From Blasia pusilla (taxonomy: Eukaryota), in assembly GCA_050084515.1 (NCBI GenBank), contig CM114271.1, forward strand, positions 27,280,001 through 27,344,000: a stretch of DNA of 64,000 nucleotides, read 5' to 3'. Every line of letters starts with the position of its first letter. The first letter of the stretch is position 1. Shown piece by piece: positions 12,346 through 25,600 of the stretch. Under the pieces are notes generated by a model. The model made no database searches. It was given only the letters and a program-made list of their open reading frames with translations, and was not told the DNA's origin. Both the position numbers and the translations under genes were made by a program.

Positions 12346-12779
12346 CGGTGTACACCACACAATGGGTGTGGTATCCAAGGGTGTCATTGTAGCACTCCCT
12401 GCTACCTCGGGTTCCTCATACCTATCATGCTCCGGTGCAAATGCCTCACTCCACGCGGTTTGCACGTGCTCATCTGCCAATCATCGAAGCTCCTAAGTCG
12501 AGCCCCACAGTGGCACCTCTCCTCCACGGAATGATACGGCTACCATAACACTCCTCTCCATAGAAATTTTAGGAACATGAGTATTCTCTGCATGCACATG
12601 CCCCTCAATCAAATCCCTAGGCCAAGTGATGGCACTGCTAAATGCTGCTAAGGTCGCCATCTCTCCTGGCCCTTGCTCGATCACTGCACATGTGAATCAA
12701 ACGAATAATGAGCTAAGGCACCCATCACCTAACTACCATCTTGGTCTGTATAAGACGCTGACTCTTCCCATTAGTCCAC

Positions 12780-13150
12780 GGAAAACTCCATTGGGTATAA
12801 TCTTGCTCCACCAACCAAGACGTTGTAAGACTCTCCATTAGTCACTATCGCATTGGCTCGCACCACAGACTCATCTATAGGATATCTCGGGCGAATCCTC
12901 ACCACAACCTCCTATCAGATAATATACTGTGTGATACTCGCTCCACCTAAGGATGTTTATATCCGGAATGGACAACGCTCCACATCGGCTCTCGTCAAGC
13001 CCAATTGTCTGAATGACGCTTTCCCCAACATCAAGGATTACGCTCTAAAATCCAACAAGACGCGCTGCGTACCAAAAGTTCTACCTCCAGGACTCACCAA
13101 CTGGAAGACCTCTCCTCGGTTATCCAACAACACAACACCAGGAGAACATC
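12780..13150 (-). pseudogene. Aspartic protease remnant of the DNMT/PHD element
   Basis: Minus strand translates QRVLLDFRA*SLMLG (degraded LLDSGA) and later YNVLVG. Homology is lost beyond ~13150. Confidence 0.65.
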
Positions 13151-14869
13151 CACTTAGAAATGTTACGATGGAAACTTCACTTTCTTGTTATATTTTATCA
13201 TCAAAACTTATCTCCAATATTAGTCAAATCATTTCTACACCTATTGGTTTTTCTCTCCAAAAATCCTTCCATATGTTTTCAAGCATTCTGATTTGATGCA
13301 TGACTCTCCTTATTGAATTTTTTCATGTTTAGCTTTTAAAACCTTGGATGGAAAACCTTTCTAACCATCACCAGAGCTAGTATGGCACTCTCTGAGGTGA
13401 GAGTTAAATGCCAGGAAGATCATAAGGAAGAAGAAACTTTATGACACATGGCAGTTTTTGAGATGTGGTATAAGAAGAGAACCCAGATCCACTTGGGTAC
13501 CCAACCCATGTAGCCAAAATCTTTGGGTATCACGAAAAAATTGGTTGAGTAGGTTGAAGAGAGCAGATATTTGATGAAGAAAAATGCATCTGTTCCCTGA
13601 CATGTATGGGTTACCTGAGACTATGTTCGGCAAGCAACCTGATAACCTGTGGTTACTTTGACTTGCATACTTCACCGGATCCTGGTAGTAGGCTCAAGAC
13701 CTGCCACACGATGTAACTAAGGGTCGGGATTCTATTACTGCTCCGCTCGAAGGGGAAGAGACCGAGCAGGATACAGGCGAAATGTCATCCACAGGAAAGC
13801 ACTGGTTTAACTTACACAGATTACCACAAAGGAAGATGGGAAAACCCTCTCTGGTATCCCGTGCAGGTTATAGTTTTACCAAGGAGCCATTCACATCAGG
13901 AAGAATACTCCTGAACATAGAGGAGAATGCCAGTAGAAGCGCATTCTAGGTATCTATGAACAGTGTGCGTTTGAGGTTAGGTGAACTCCAATCAGTCAAG
14001 GGATAATCACAACCTGCTAAACCATAACTAGTAGCACAACATTATCTTTTGCACGAACCCCAGCTTGTGTACTGACTCTCACACACACCCTGACAGGCAA
14101 GAGTAACTTTTATTTCCACTTCAGTTCCTGAACACCTCGTCGCATAGATACCTTTCGCAATCTAAGAACTTCATTCAGGGCTTACCAGCATGAGGAAACA
14201 TGCTTTAAAATATCCTTTCACTGAATAAGCTATTCGAATTAAACACAATCCAAGAATAAAAGTAAAAGTGAACTAATATGAACCAAAATGTCTTTTTAAC
14301 ATTAATTTCCTCCTCTATAAGTAGGAAATAAACGTTAAAATGTGAAGTTGGTGATGAGTACAACAACAGGACGTACATACCCAAAGAATTTGGTATTGGT
14401 GTAGGATCAATCAAATACCTTTCAGTATGAGCTGAGCAAACTTCAACTTGGGCTCACTTTCTTGAACTACTCACAAGAGGGATTGAAGTTGCAGTGGTCT
14501 GCTCAAATGGATTTCAAACAAATAACATTGTTACTGAGATAGTGAAGACTACGAAAGAAATCTAGTTTAAATACTAATGATATGAAATCTTTCTGATGTT
14601 CGCTTGTCTTAAGCAACATGTCTTGGCTTTCCCATGCACCTAGTCCAAACTGGAGATGTGTATGGGAGCGTCTGCTACAATCATTCTCTTTCCTTATCTC
14701 AGTCACAATGCTATTTATGATTTGTTTACTATAAGCTCACACTGCTCCAAAAGCACCTGTCATTCTCATTCATGATGAGTCCCAACTGGACAATCCAGAA
14801 ATGAACTTTGACTAGACTCCATTAATTTTGCTGAACTGTTGTGATACCCGGATGAGGATATCCCTGCTC

Positions 14870-17638
14870 TCACTTGAAAAATATCCGTGAATTTTGAGCT
14901 GCCTCAACACTGTTCCTTAAGACTTTGATTACACCTGCAGGATCCTTCGATCCAAACACAGCACTACCTGCTACCACGACATTGGCCCCTGCTGCAGCTG
15001 CTTCATCAATTGTAGAGGGTGCTAGTCCACCATCAACCTGCACAAGGAAAGTGTGATGCATATTTCTTGCCTAAACTCTGACTTTGACTGCTATCCACTC
15101 ATGGCCACACATTCCCTTGTGAATTTCTATGATCTACTTCATGCAACTTGATCTACCATGGCCAAGCTGGCAAGACTGGAACATGTGGGTATTAGGTGTA
15201 GAACTCGATCAGATGAAATTCTATCCGAGTAGAGGTTTATTTCTCAATTATTGTGGGTGCCGTAAATAATGCCACTTAATAAGAGTTCCTTTCTGAACAG
15301 AAATGATTTTCAAGGTGATGCCTCAGCATCGAATCAAGTAAAGCCAGCAGAATGCAGGAGTAAATAACCCATAAAGAAGAGATTTACACTGTTTTCAAGC
15401 TAAAATAAAATCATGTTTGTGAGAGGTGGGTGCCTCTGAAGGAATAATGAAACTCTAGAAGAAAATACCTGAATGTCCAGGTGAGGATATCTACACCGCA
15501 GAGTCTTCACCTGAGATCAGCATCCAAATGGATGTTCAGTTCCTCATGTAAGGAGTAGCCTTGAACCATATTGGAGGATAAAGTTGAAATGCCAAGCAAA
15601 AGCAATGAGAGAACTACAGTGAATTAACTGCATCAATCACTCTTACATAATGTCATAGTGAAAAAGAGTGCACCACACTGCTTCTGATATATGAGAGAAG
15701 TGCGGACAGGGAGATGGACTGCCACCACACCTTTGGCATCATATCTGGCATAAATTTCTGCCCACCAAATCCTGGCTCTACTGTCATGACCAGGACCATG
15801 TCCACCTTGTCTTCCCCTTCCAGCTGAACAGAAGCAGTCAATGTGAGATGACTCTGGACTTGCATTAGCTCTATAAGCAGAAGTTACGATACTCAAGCTT
15901 TCATGACAGAAATGGTTAAACAACCTTACAAGAGGGAAAACATCTTCAACTGGCGTCCCAGGCTTCAGTGACACAGAAGCCTGCATACCCGACGACTTGA
16001 TCCTCCTTATCAATTCCTTCCAATTGTCTGCCCATCAGCAACAAACATTTAAAACCTTGTACAATAACTGAAACATAAGAGGAGCATTCCCAATATTCCA
16101 CCGTTCAAAAGACTTTGGGGGTTCACTGCTTGGATATAGCATGATAGGACTATCAGGTTTAAAGAGAAAGCATTGGAAGAAGTGAAAGACCAATCGAAGC
16201 AAAGATAATTTGCATGAAACACTAATCCCACTTCCACATAGTGAGATTAGTGTGGCATGCAAATTATCCCAGAATCACCTTACAGAGACAACCCTGACAA
16301 GATTGGTGGACTTATCACGTATGACTAGAGGAGCGACAAATATGCAAGTGGGACAACTCATTGGATCTGTCGATCCCAGAGCTTTGAAGCAAAAAGCACA
16401 TTAGAACCACCCTCATATTCATGCGGATACTATTGATTGTGAAGTCTGCTCCCAATACCATAGAGTACCCCAACTTGATGTAAGTTGACATCACACCTTT
16501 TGCCACCTCTATATGAAAAGTGAAAGATGATGCTCCAGCCTTCGCAAAGGGTTCAACATACTCCATTGGATTTGTTACCATGAGATGGCAATCTAGAAAA
16601 GCACTGTAATGCACAGGTTCAGGGCATGTCTGAGTTCTGTTGCAACTCTGTCACTGATTCTCTCTTCCCTTTCGTACCAGAAACCCTGCACTAGTTACCA
16701 AACCAATGCACCTATCAATCAAAGCCATACTAGTGATGCTGATTTTCGGCAATTGCTTTGTTTTGAATCCAAAACTGTGGAGAACCAAACCAACTTCAGT
16801 GACTCGCAGCATGCACACACAACATGACATGACATTCGCTCACCCTTCTAAACATGCTACCAACCACAACTACTCCAAAGACTAGACGACAAATGTCCAC
16901 AGCAGCCATTTACGTACGTGGTGTGTTTCCTCAGCGCCTTGATGATAGGCTCTCCGATTGTAAGATTTGGAACAAAGTGTCTGCCCCAAAGAAGGCGAAG
17001 GACAGGTGGAAGAGAAAAAAAGAAAACCAGAAACTACAATCAGCAGCCTCAACAGACATTCTTCCATTTTTAAACCCAAAGCCTGAATGAACTTAGCTAT
17101 GAAGGCGCTGAGAATTACTCAAAGAATACAGCACACTGATCCTCTAAGATAACACCACGCGGTTTTAAGCTCCGGACAGGTTTCAGTATAGTTGAAAACA
17201 TTCATTACACAAAAGCATGTGCAACAATCGCCGCCACAGAATCCAATAGCCAGGTGCTTACCCATCCTGCACCATCAGAGTTCAAGAGCAAAGTTCAGGA
17301 CTTTGACTCACTTGCCTTCAAGACCGTGAACATGGATTCAAGCGATTGATCCCCCATCTATCGTATGTCCATCGATGGCCATTCGGACTAACACATATTT
17401 CTCGACATCTGCTGGGGGACAAAACATCGCGCTACCTAGAAGAAATACGTTTCATAAGTAGGCGTAAGAAGACGGGTTCTGAAGCTCGATATACCATCAC
17501 ATCCATATGGAGCCAGTCAGCTCCACAGTCCTCCATGAACTTGGCCTCAGATGCCAGATTCGCAAAATCGGAGGACAACATCGATGGAGAAATCTTTGGT
17601 TTTGGCAGTGATACACCAGCTCTCGCGCCCTCGTCCAT
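14870..17638 (-). CDS. RPE: Ribulose-5-phosphate 3-epimerase, cytosolic type. Exons 17638-17495, 17266-17262, 16980-16918, 16603-16497, 16027-15930, 15823-15731, 15510-15469, 15037-14870
   Basis: Spliced GT-AG model keeps frame: [73 protein letters not shown]. No transit peptide. The ATG directly follows an AG acceptor, suggesting a 5' UTR intron. Confidence 0.95.
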
Positions 17639-18720
17639 CTGACAAACAAAAGAGAAACGCCTTGTCAGCATTTCCGAAAACCGACAATTCCGATACTCAT
17701 CCTGAAGAGAGCCACAGCTTACAGAATGCTCATTCACGCTCTTCCTTTCGCGAGAGAGACATTCAACACGGTTTCACTCCAACTCTGGATGATGGACAGA
17801 CTCCGTGACTACGACTCGAAATGGTTGCGATTAAACACGACTGCGATGCCTAATATCCTGTCCGATTGCAACTTTCACGATGAAGGAAGGAATGAGGGAA
17901 ACGTCCAGACACCACAACGAATTAGGACTTGTAATATTTGATGGCTCCCGTGCTGGCCAACTCACGAGAACTTGCGCTCACACTCTGTGATTTCCAACGA
18001 AGATCGTCATCCCCAAAATTCTTCCGATTTCTACTTCAAGAAGGAACTCATTGTCGAGGCAAACTCGAAATGCTGAGAAAGGAGACAATCTATACGGCGC
18101 GTGATACCTCAATCTGACCTGACTATGATCTTCTATATTTTCCGGCGAGATCGCAAACCCCATGATGACTTGCGGTTGCAATGTCCACGACGGAGGAGGG
18201 CACACTTAAGGCTACCTCCATACACCGCACGGAGATACCGACTATGAATCGATTTGTCTGGCAATTGCTCGCTTAAAATAATCTACCAATGGTACTCAGA
18301 CTGTCTCAGGAGAATCGCAAGCCCTAATTCCCAGAGATATAACTCCACAGATGGAACTCGCAGTTAGGGTAAGCCGTGAAAAGCCCTAAGCACCACGGAA
18401 AGCGATTCAGTATCTCCTGCGATCAGTCGATCAAGATGACCTAGCGACGATCCTAAGCACTTTCCAGAGACGATCGCAATTCTTCAAATTCTCAGCGATC
18501 GAAAGCTCAAAAATAAACAGAACTCACAATTCCGGAAAACCTCCAGACGCCGCAAAAACACGGCAATCACGAGTATATCTTTCCCGCGAGGAAACGCTAA
18601 TCACGAGTGTATATCTCCAGCGTTCACTCGCTGACGGTGAATTCGCGATGACAGCCCCTGTTTCGCATTCCCCCCTCCCAAAATCCCCTGAAATTGCTCT
18701 CCCTGCAACTCCGCGCGGCC

Positions 18721-18838
18721 GCAGCTTCACACTTGAACGCACCCACAACGACTCCAAGCGCCCTCGCTACTGCGCGGCAGCAGCTTCACACTTGAACGCA
18801 CCCAAAACGACTCCAAGCGCCCTCGCTACTGCGCGGCA
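18721..18838. repeat. 59-bp tandem duplication upstream of RPE
   Basis: 18721-18779 and 18780-18838 differ at one base. Confidence 0.95.
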
Positions 18839-21479
18839 ACGTGCGACGGATCCTCAATCGCTCCCCGCAGCGCTTCCTGCTGGACCAAGACCATCGCCGC
18901 AGGCACCGACGCGGGCGGTAAGAGCGGGGGAGGGGGTAGAGCGACTGGATCCGAGCCCAGGCTGCTGGCGTCGGGTCGACCGACGGTTGAGGGTCGACGG
19001 CGGGCGCCACCGACCCACCGACACGTGGGAGTGTCGGGCAGGAAGGGAAGGTTTACCGCCCTGACCAGACCCGCGCTCCCGGTGAGAATTCCGTGGACTC
19101 GGAATGTGCGGTAGCCTGGAGGATGACGACCGTGAATGCTCTCCGTTGCGTTCCGTTCGAGAGGGGCACTCGCCACGCCGCCGATTCCGGGTACGACTCC
19201 CGGAGCCCGCTACTGCAGCCAACTTTGCGGGGATGACTTTGGATTTGTGCCTCCAAATCTGGTGGCGACTTTCCCCAACGCTTCCGCCTCCAATTTCACG
19301 AAGGCTTTGGCGACATCAATTTGGAGAAGATCCTGGGGTCGCGTTCCGTTGCTTGCTAACGTCCACGAGCTTTATGCGTTAGAATTGAACGAAAAAAAGA
19401 CGTGACTGTCAAATATTTGTGTACAGTCACTTTTTAAAGCATAAGAACATTTTTCTAATCTAACTATTACTAATAAATATATTCACATACATCGTATTAT
19501 ACAAATATAACTCGTGTGAATTTTTAACGCATTAATTATGGTAAGCTAACAAATAGAAGTTGCTTTCAGTTACTATTGCTAAAACCAGCAAGGTAACGAA
19601 ACTTGGCGGAGGGAAAACAACGTGGAGATTTCTCTTACTTTAAATTTACACTATCAGGGCTATTATTAAACGGTACGAAACGATAGAAAAAGCATGTAGA
19701 CTTATTAATCCTTCACTTTCCAAGAGTAGCATACTCACTTTTTGGACGTACTTAAGTCATGTCTTTTTCATAATAAAGCTAAAACTTTACGATCGGTAGA
19801 AATACGTATATACATTTTTTTAACTCACTAAACAAAAAATATCTGATTGACAACAAGATTGCTAAACTTTAGGATAATGGTCCACTACGTGGCCTGCATA
19901 CCACCTCACAAAAAATGGACCTAATTTCCACGAATGGCATGGGATGGAATTTTTCCTTTAAAAAATAATGGAAAACATGATAAGGTCATGGGAGAAATTA
20001 GAGCCTTCATATTTTGCATATGTTTTTTGGAAGGGTAGTAAAGACGGTACACACCACATCTATAAAGTAGAGTTTGATTAAGTGAATACATCTTTCCTCT
20101 CATGACTAGACACAAGCTAAAAGAAGATTTCTCTTTATATTTCGGGGCACCACGAGAGTCCCCATAAATTGGTTGGGATGCATTGATGTTTTTCAGTTGA
20201 AGAGTCTAAAAGGGACGTTCTCAACATTTTGGTGGGTTTTTCTTTTTGCAAATATATCTTTATTTCTTACCAAACTCCAATTGCTTTACACTAAATCTTG
20301 ATAATAAGGAGACGCTTGAGCCAAGATGATTGTGTAGTCATACATTTGCGTTTTATTTTTTATTTAAGTCAAGACCATGAATTTCCTTTTGGATTGTCAC
20401 ATGACGAATGGGCTCTCATGATTGACATAGAAAATGACGAAAACAAAATTAGGGAGGGGATTATGTACTTCAAACATGCTTTTTTTTACTTCTTGATCTC
20501 TTTCATGGGGCATTGTAGGATGGGAGGTGAGTGTTTCTTGTCATCTTATGGAAATAAATTATAATGAGGGACAAATAATCAAGAAAGAGGTCTTAGCCTA
20601 TTTTCATTCCCCATATGACTTCTGAAAGGGGCAACAAAGAATTTAGTAATGATCAAATGATTGGACTGTCCAAAATGAAGAAAAATTAATTGAAACGGGT
20701 CTCTTCAAGAGTTAGACAAAAAGTCCTTAACAATTGGTTTTGATGGCACAAGTACTTTGGGGTATTGGAGTGCCAAGTATGGTTATGAGATTTTGTGAAG
20801 TTGCAAAGCACTTCATTAAAGATTATATTTGTTAATGAAAGATAGCTCCTCAATCTTTGAGATAGTAGATGATCTTATAATATCTCCAAAGAGTTGAGTT
20901 CATCAATGGAAAAAGGAGATGAACGGAACGCATATCGCCTATCACAACGGATGTAGTGAATGTATAAATTATGGTTTCTTCAATTACATGCGATGATATT
21001 GATCTTCGCGAAATATCTAAATACCCAACACGTTGTGTGAAATACCCTTATCTATACCAAATTATCTAGCAAGCAAAAGTCTATTTGTGCAAAGAAAATA
21101 CTTTCAATTAAATACATGTTTTTGCTCGTAATAAAACAAGGTACACATGGCAACATTTTACAAAAATCACACATGTGGTTGATGAAAATGTTTCAAGTAA
21201 GGAATCATTGTGCATATTTACCCTAAGTCATTCTTGGAAGTGTTTTCAATACTATCATTTACAATCACACAAGAAAGGATAACCTTTTTCAATAAACACA
21301 CATAGATACCTTTGAGATAAGCAAAATGTGACTATATGGAAATCAACGAGTTATTCACATCTCCATTAACTAACATTATCTAGTCTTAAAATTTTATTGA
21401 CCTCACTTGAAGAAGAAGGCATTTTATGTGGCTGCTAGTCAACAACGCTAATCACCTCTACTATATATGCCCTATCTTG

Positions 21480-24400
21480 ATATCTAGGATTATGCTCTAC
21501 ATTTTTTAAATGAGCATATACTAATCTAGCTACCTTCACAATCAATGCTCAAACGACATCTCAAGAAGTACATGGATGTCTATCCTTCCTTGCCTTGCCC
21601 CCACCTGATTCCTCAATAGTCTCTATAAGCAATACTTGGATTAGATGGGATGGACATGGCTTGTATATCTTATATTTTAGCCAATCCCACGTTGGTGATC
21701 TATATGAGACTTCATCGCCCAACCCAATATATATCTCCAATGATGTCTCTAATAAATCCAACACCATTATCAGACTTTAAAAGAAATCCATCAACCACTC
21801 CCACATATTAATAGTAGGCTCCTCCATCCCTTGTGCTTTGTTATCCCATATCATATATAGTCTCTCTTGATGAAAGGCATGAAATGTTTGAAAAATTACA
21901 TATGTAGATAGTATTTCCCTCCCCCATCCTATTGACTAAAGCCAATCATATTCTACCATCACAAGTCACCACTTGCAATCGTTGGTTTAGATTGGATATG
22001 GCATCAATTACCAAGTGTGATGCTCGATGAACTCCATCACAAGATCCCCTCAATATCTATGATTATAGATGGTTGTTCTGTTCACCGTTTCATGGAAATT
22101 TTAACCTTCCATCATCGAGTGTGCGATCCAAGTCTTTTTGCATCTTGAAACATTGATGGTCCTAACTAATACCTCATTTGGTACACACTCGTCATGACTT
22201 GCAGACTAGAGTCACCCAAAAATTGCACATTCTCCATAATGTACATTATAGAATATATTTTATTCTTGTGCAAGTATCTTTATGCTTGCGACATCCCCCA
22301 AACCATGTTCACCCTTAGGTCAACCAAACAACCAATGAATGACTCTCACATGACCATCCAAATATAACCAAATTAATGATGCTAACAATGTCTAAATCCT
22401 CCCCCCAGAAAAATGAAACATATGCGTTCAATGTTTGTTGGTACCTATGTATTTTTGATGTGAATAAAAACTTTAGATACTACTTGACTAACCTCCCCAC
22501 ATGGCATAATGAGACTCGTTGTACAATCTCATCCCTCTCAATATTTAGATATTGACACACTTATATATTGGCTCACAACACTACATTCAACCTCGAACTC
22601 ATCCCCCCAAAGAGATGAAACACTCTCACATCCTCCTTTGGACCTTTTCCAAATGACTTGTTTGATATCCACATCACAAAAGTTTAAAGGTTTAACTTTG
22701 CTAAAATTTCAACATAAAATCTAATAATTCTAACGTTCATATTGATTTCGATATAAACTTAAATACAATAATATTAATATTTTATATCAATGAACTTTCA
22801 ACGTCAATTTTGACACAATAAAATAATTTCAATACATGAATGATATCTTAAATACATGAAACACAAGTTGCACTCTAATTGATATCAAAATGATATAGCT
22901 CCAAGTTTTATGATGCAAGGGTGTCAATATTACCATTTCATGAGCATAATTGTCATCCAACTCCTCCTAATCTAAACCAAAGACTAAGTTCTATACCTAC
23001 CTTACTAGCTCATCAATACTCATATACAACTCAATGCTCGTATCTCATGATGGTGAAGAGGTATTTTCGCCAAGATAAGGGATACACAACATGGCATATC
23101 TCTCTATGGGAATATTCGCTACATGAGCATTGTCCTCCAACAACTCTCTTGGTCAACTAACACTTTCACTGAATATTGCCAATGTGGTCAAATATCTCCT
23201 TATGTATGGACGATCACTACACCACACAAATCAAATTAGTAGTTGGCTCATCCGAACCATCACCTAATCATCATTATGTTTTGATATAGTATTTTCTCCT
23301 CCAAAAAATCAAGGATGAACCCAAGGGAGATACAAATTTTGACTTCTACCAATATAAATTTGTTGATGCTGTAATTTCATGTGTGTGCATCAATGCTCTA
23401 TCACTCAAATGCTTTGAATGGAATATGACCACCATCTCTTATCGAATCATAAATTTCATGCATGAAACACCTTCAATTTATGTCGATATGTGAAAGAGGT
23501 ATACCTCAATGTCTTCTGTCCACAACCCTAATTCCGCCCATTGGTCCCCTCATGTGGGTTAATCTTAACCCCACCTCTTGATGGCTTGGTTACTCTCGCA
23601 GCACCTCGAGTCACCACCGCAGCAGCCTAAACATGAGCCGCACTACACATAAATCCCATCCTGCAAAATCCTCACCAGCATCGTGGTAAGATATGGAGAC
23701 TGGCGACACACTAGCTAGTAGCTACTCTCAGCTCCATGTCTGCCCTTAGTTGCGTCATCATCGTGACAACAATCCTCAGCTCCAACTGATCGATGCAAGT
23801 AAGAAGCGCTGCATTGGATGCATATGCACGTCCTTCATCTCCTATGACTGGTGATGGAACTCTACCACCATGATCATCCACTTCTCGATCTCCACCAACT
23901 CTCTCGCCCCCAAGTCCTCTGCCTACCTCTCCACATACCTCCCCACGAAGATCAAAACACGTATCCCTAGTGTGACCATATCGATGACAATGATCACACT
24001 GCAATTATGGTGGGGCCATCCTAGGTGGCTCTTGAGCAATCGGATGCGCCTCCGGACCTATACCATGTTATGGGCAGTCCCTTTGCCTATGGTGGTCCAC
24101 CACATGTCCAACAAGCCCACCCTGGTCCATGCGGGGTAACATATGTTGCTACGGGTTATGGCCTTATCGGCTCACAATAGCCGCCCTGCTCTCTAGGCCC
24201 ATCGGCCCGCTCCTCCGGTACTAGTGCATGCTCGAGCACCTGTGGGTCTACTCCTACTTGTTGAATCCCGTGAAAATCCCGTGGTCACTACCTTCACCTT
24301 AATCATGTTGAGCTCTATCCGCTCAGACAACTCGAAGACCACCTTCAATGTGGGCTTCGCTGTGTGAAGCAACGTCCCATCCCGAACTCTCCTCCCTAGC

Positions 24401-25600
24401 TCATGGTCCAGCATACCGTAACAGTACTATACTGAGTACGTCTTAGTCATCCCATATGTCATAATGATCAACCGTTGCATGCGCATGAACGCCTCCCTGA
24501 GACTCTCACCCGATCTCCACTGAAAATCTTGTAGACTCTTCAACTTGTTGGTCCGCACACCATATAGCTCCTCCCCAACTGTCGGAGGAACTCCACTGTA
24601 GGACTATAACTTGGTGGTCCTCTACCACGAGAGGTCTCTGCCACCTCACCACTTGCACCGCCATCCTCTCCATCTAGTCCCCGGGATGCTGGTGTAGGTC
24701 TCTCCGCCCTCACTATCCCATCATACGCCTTGCGACCACTAGTGGACACATACCCAATACACCCTCCAGGCATCGATCTCTACTGAGTATAAAGATCGGA
24801 ATTCCATGTAGTCAACCATCGGAGGACTCTGTAAATGCTGGAACAGACCCTTACACGCCATGAAAGGGTTGAAAGTCGTAGGGGCTCAAATCTCATGGAA
24901 GTCACACCATGCGTCAAACTCCTGAATGAAATCGTCAAGATCTATGGTGCCTATTGCACTCGAGAAATGACGCATGCTTCAGTGGCCCATGTCATCCATT
25001 TCTCCCCACATATCATTGTCGCCATCTGCGATCTCATTACTTGACCCGTTGTCTAGTGATAACAATCCAGCCACAGATAGAAGTCGGGATAGTTCCTCAC
25101 TAGAAACCCCTCGATACCTCACGCCACTCCGTGTCACTCTACTACCACTGATCATACCTTCCCGTTCATCCGAACCCTAGGAGAATGTTGTGATAAAAAC
25201 CCTGTCTCACCCGCTCAAGCACTCAGACTCATTGAGAGTCTCCTACGTTCCTCACTATCTCACCTACCCTAATGCGAATCCCGTGATGTCACACCCGGCC
25301 TCGCGCACACTCAACACTCGGGCTCACCCTAAGCCTTCCAACTAACTCACCTAGACTACTGACAATGTCGGGTCACACACGCAATCCCTACTCTGCAACC
25401 GCCGTATATCTACAAACATGCTACACATGCATGGAGACTACACTCGTCACCATCGCTACACCCATCAAACACCAACAACTACTCGATATCCAACCCTCTC
25501 AATCACACAAGATAAGTACGGGAAAAGGGAGTCGAATGGGTAACTTGAACATGTCCGCCAATCTACTACACCGTCAACACTCACAGCTCCATGTGCCTTG
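21480..25600 (-). mobile_element. Old, degenerate Gypsy element related to the DNMT/PHD family (gag recognisable, pol highly decayed)
   Basis: MLDHELGRRVRDGTLL..PTLKVVFELSERIELNM resembles the gag at 48848-49816. Zinc knuckle QCDHCHRYGHTRDTC. Leader near 25510-25560 resembles 50085-50130. Faint pol-like DNA at 21480-22400. Boundaries approximate. Confidence 0.7.

Larger units (their letters stand above)
859..13150 (-). mobile_element. Ty3/Gypsy LTR retrotransposon, copy 1 of the DNMT/PHD family; 5'-truncated (no gag or 5' LTR); 3' LTR interrupted by a nested chromovirus
   Basis: Minus-strand pol remnants in order: protease (RVLLDFRA*, ~13050), C5-MTase (~12340-11400), RT (LPFGLKNAPAEFQ, YIDD; ORF 10215-10613), RNase H (ORF 9721-10218), integrase (HEELGHFG, CMVC, WNLDFAGP, TDQGTEF, GLAER; ORF 8731-9447), PHD (ORF 8054-8713). 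Near-colinear with the copy at 43477-50130. Confidence 0.93.

Noticed and set aside
18524-19405. Several overlapping ORFs in GC-rich DNA
   Set aside because: No recognisable domains; expected by chance in GC-rich upstream sequence.
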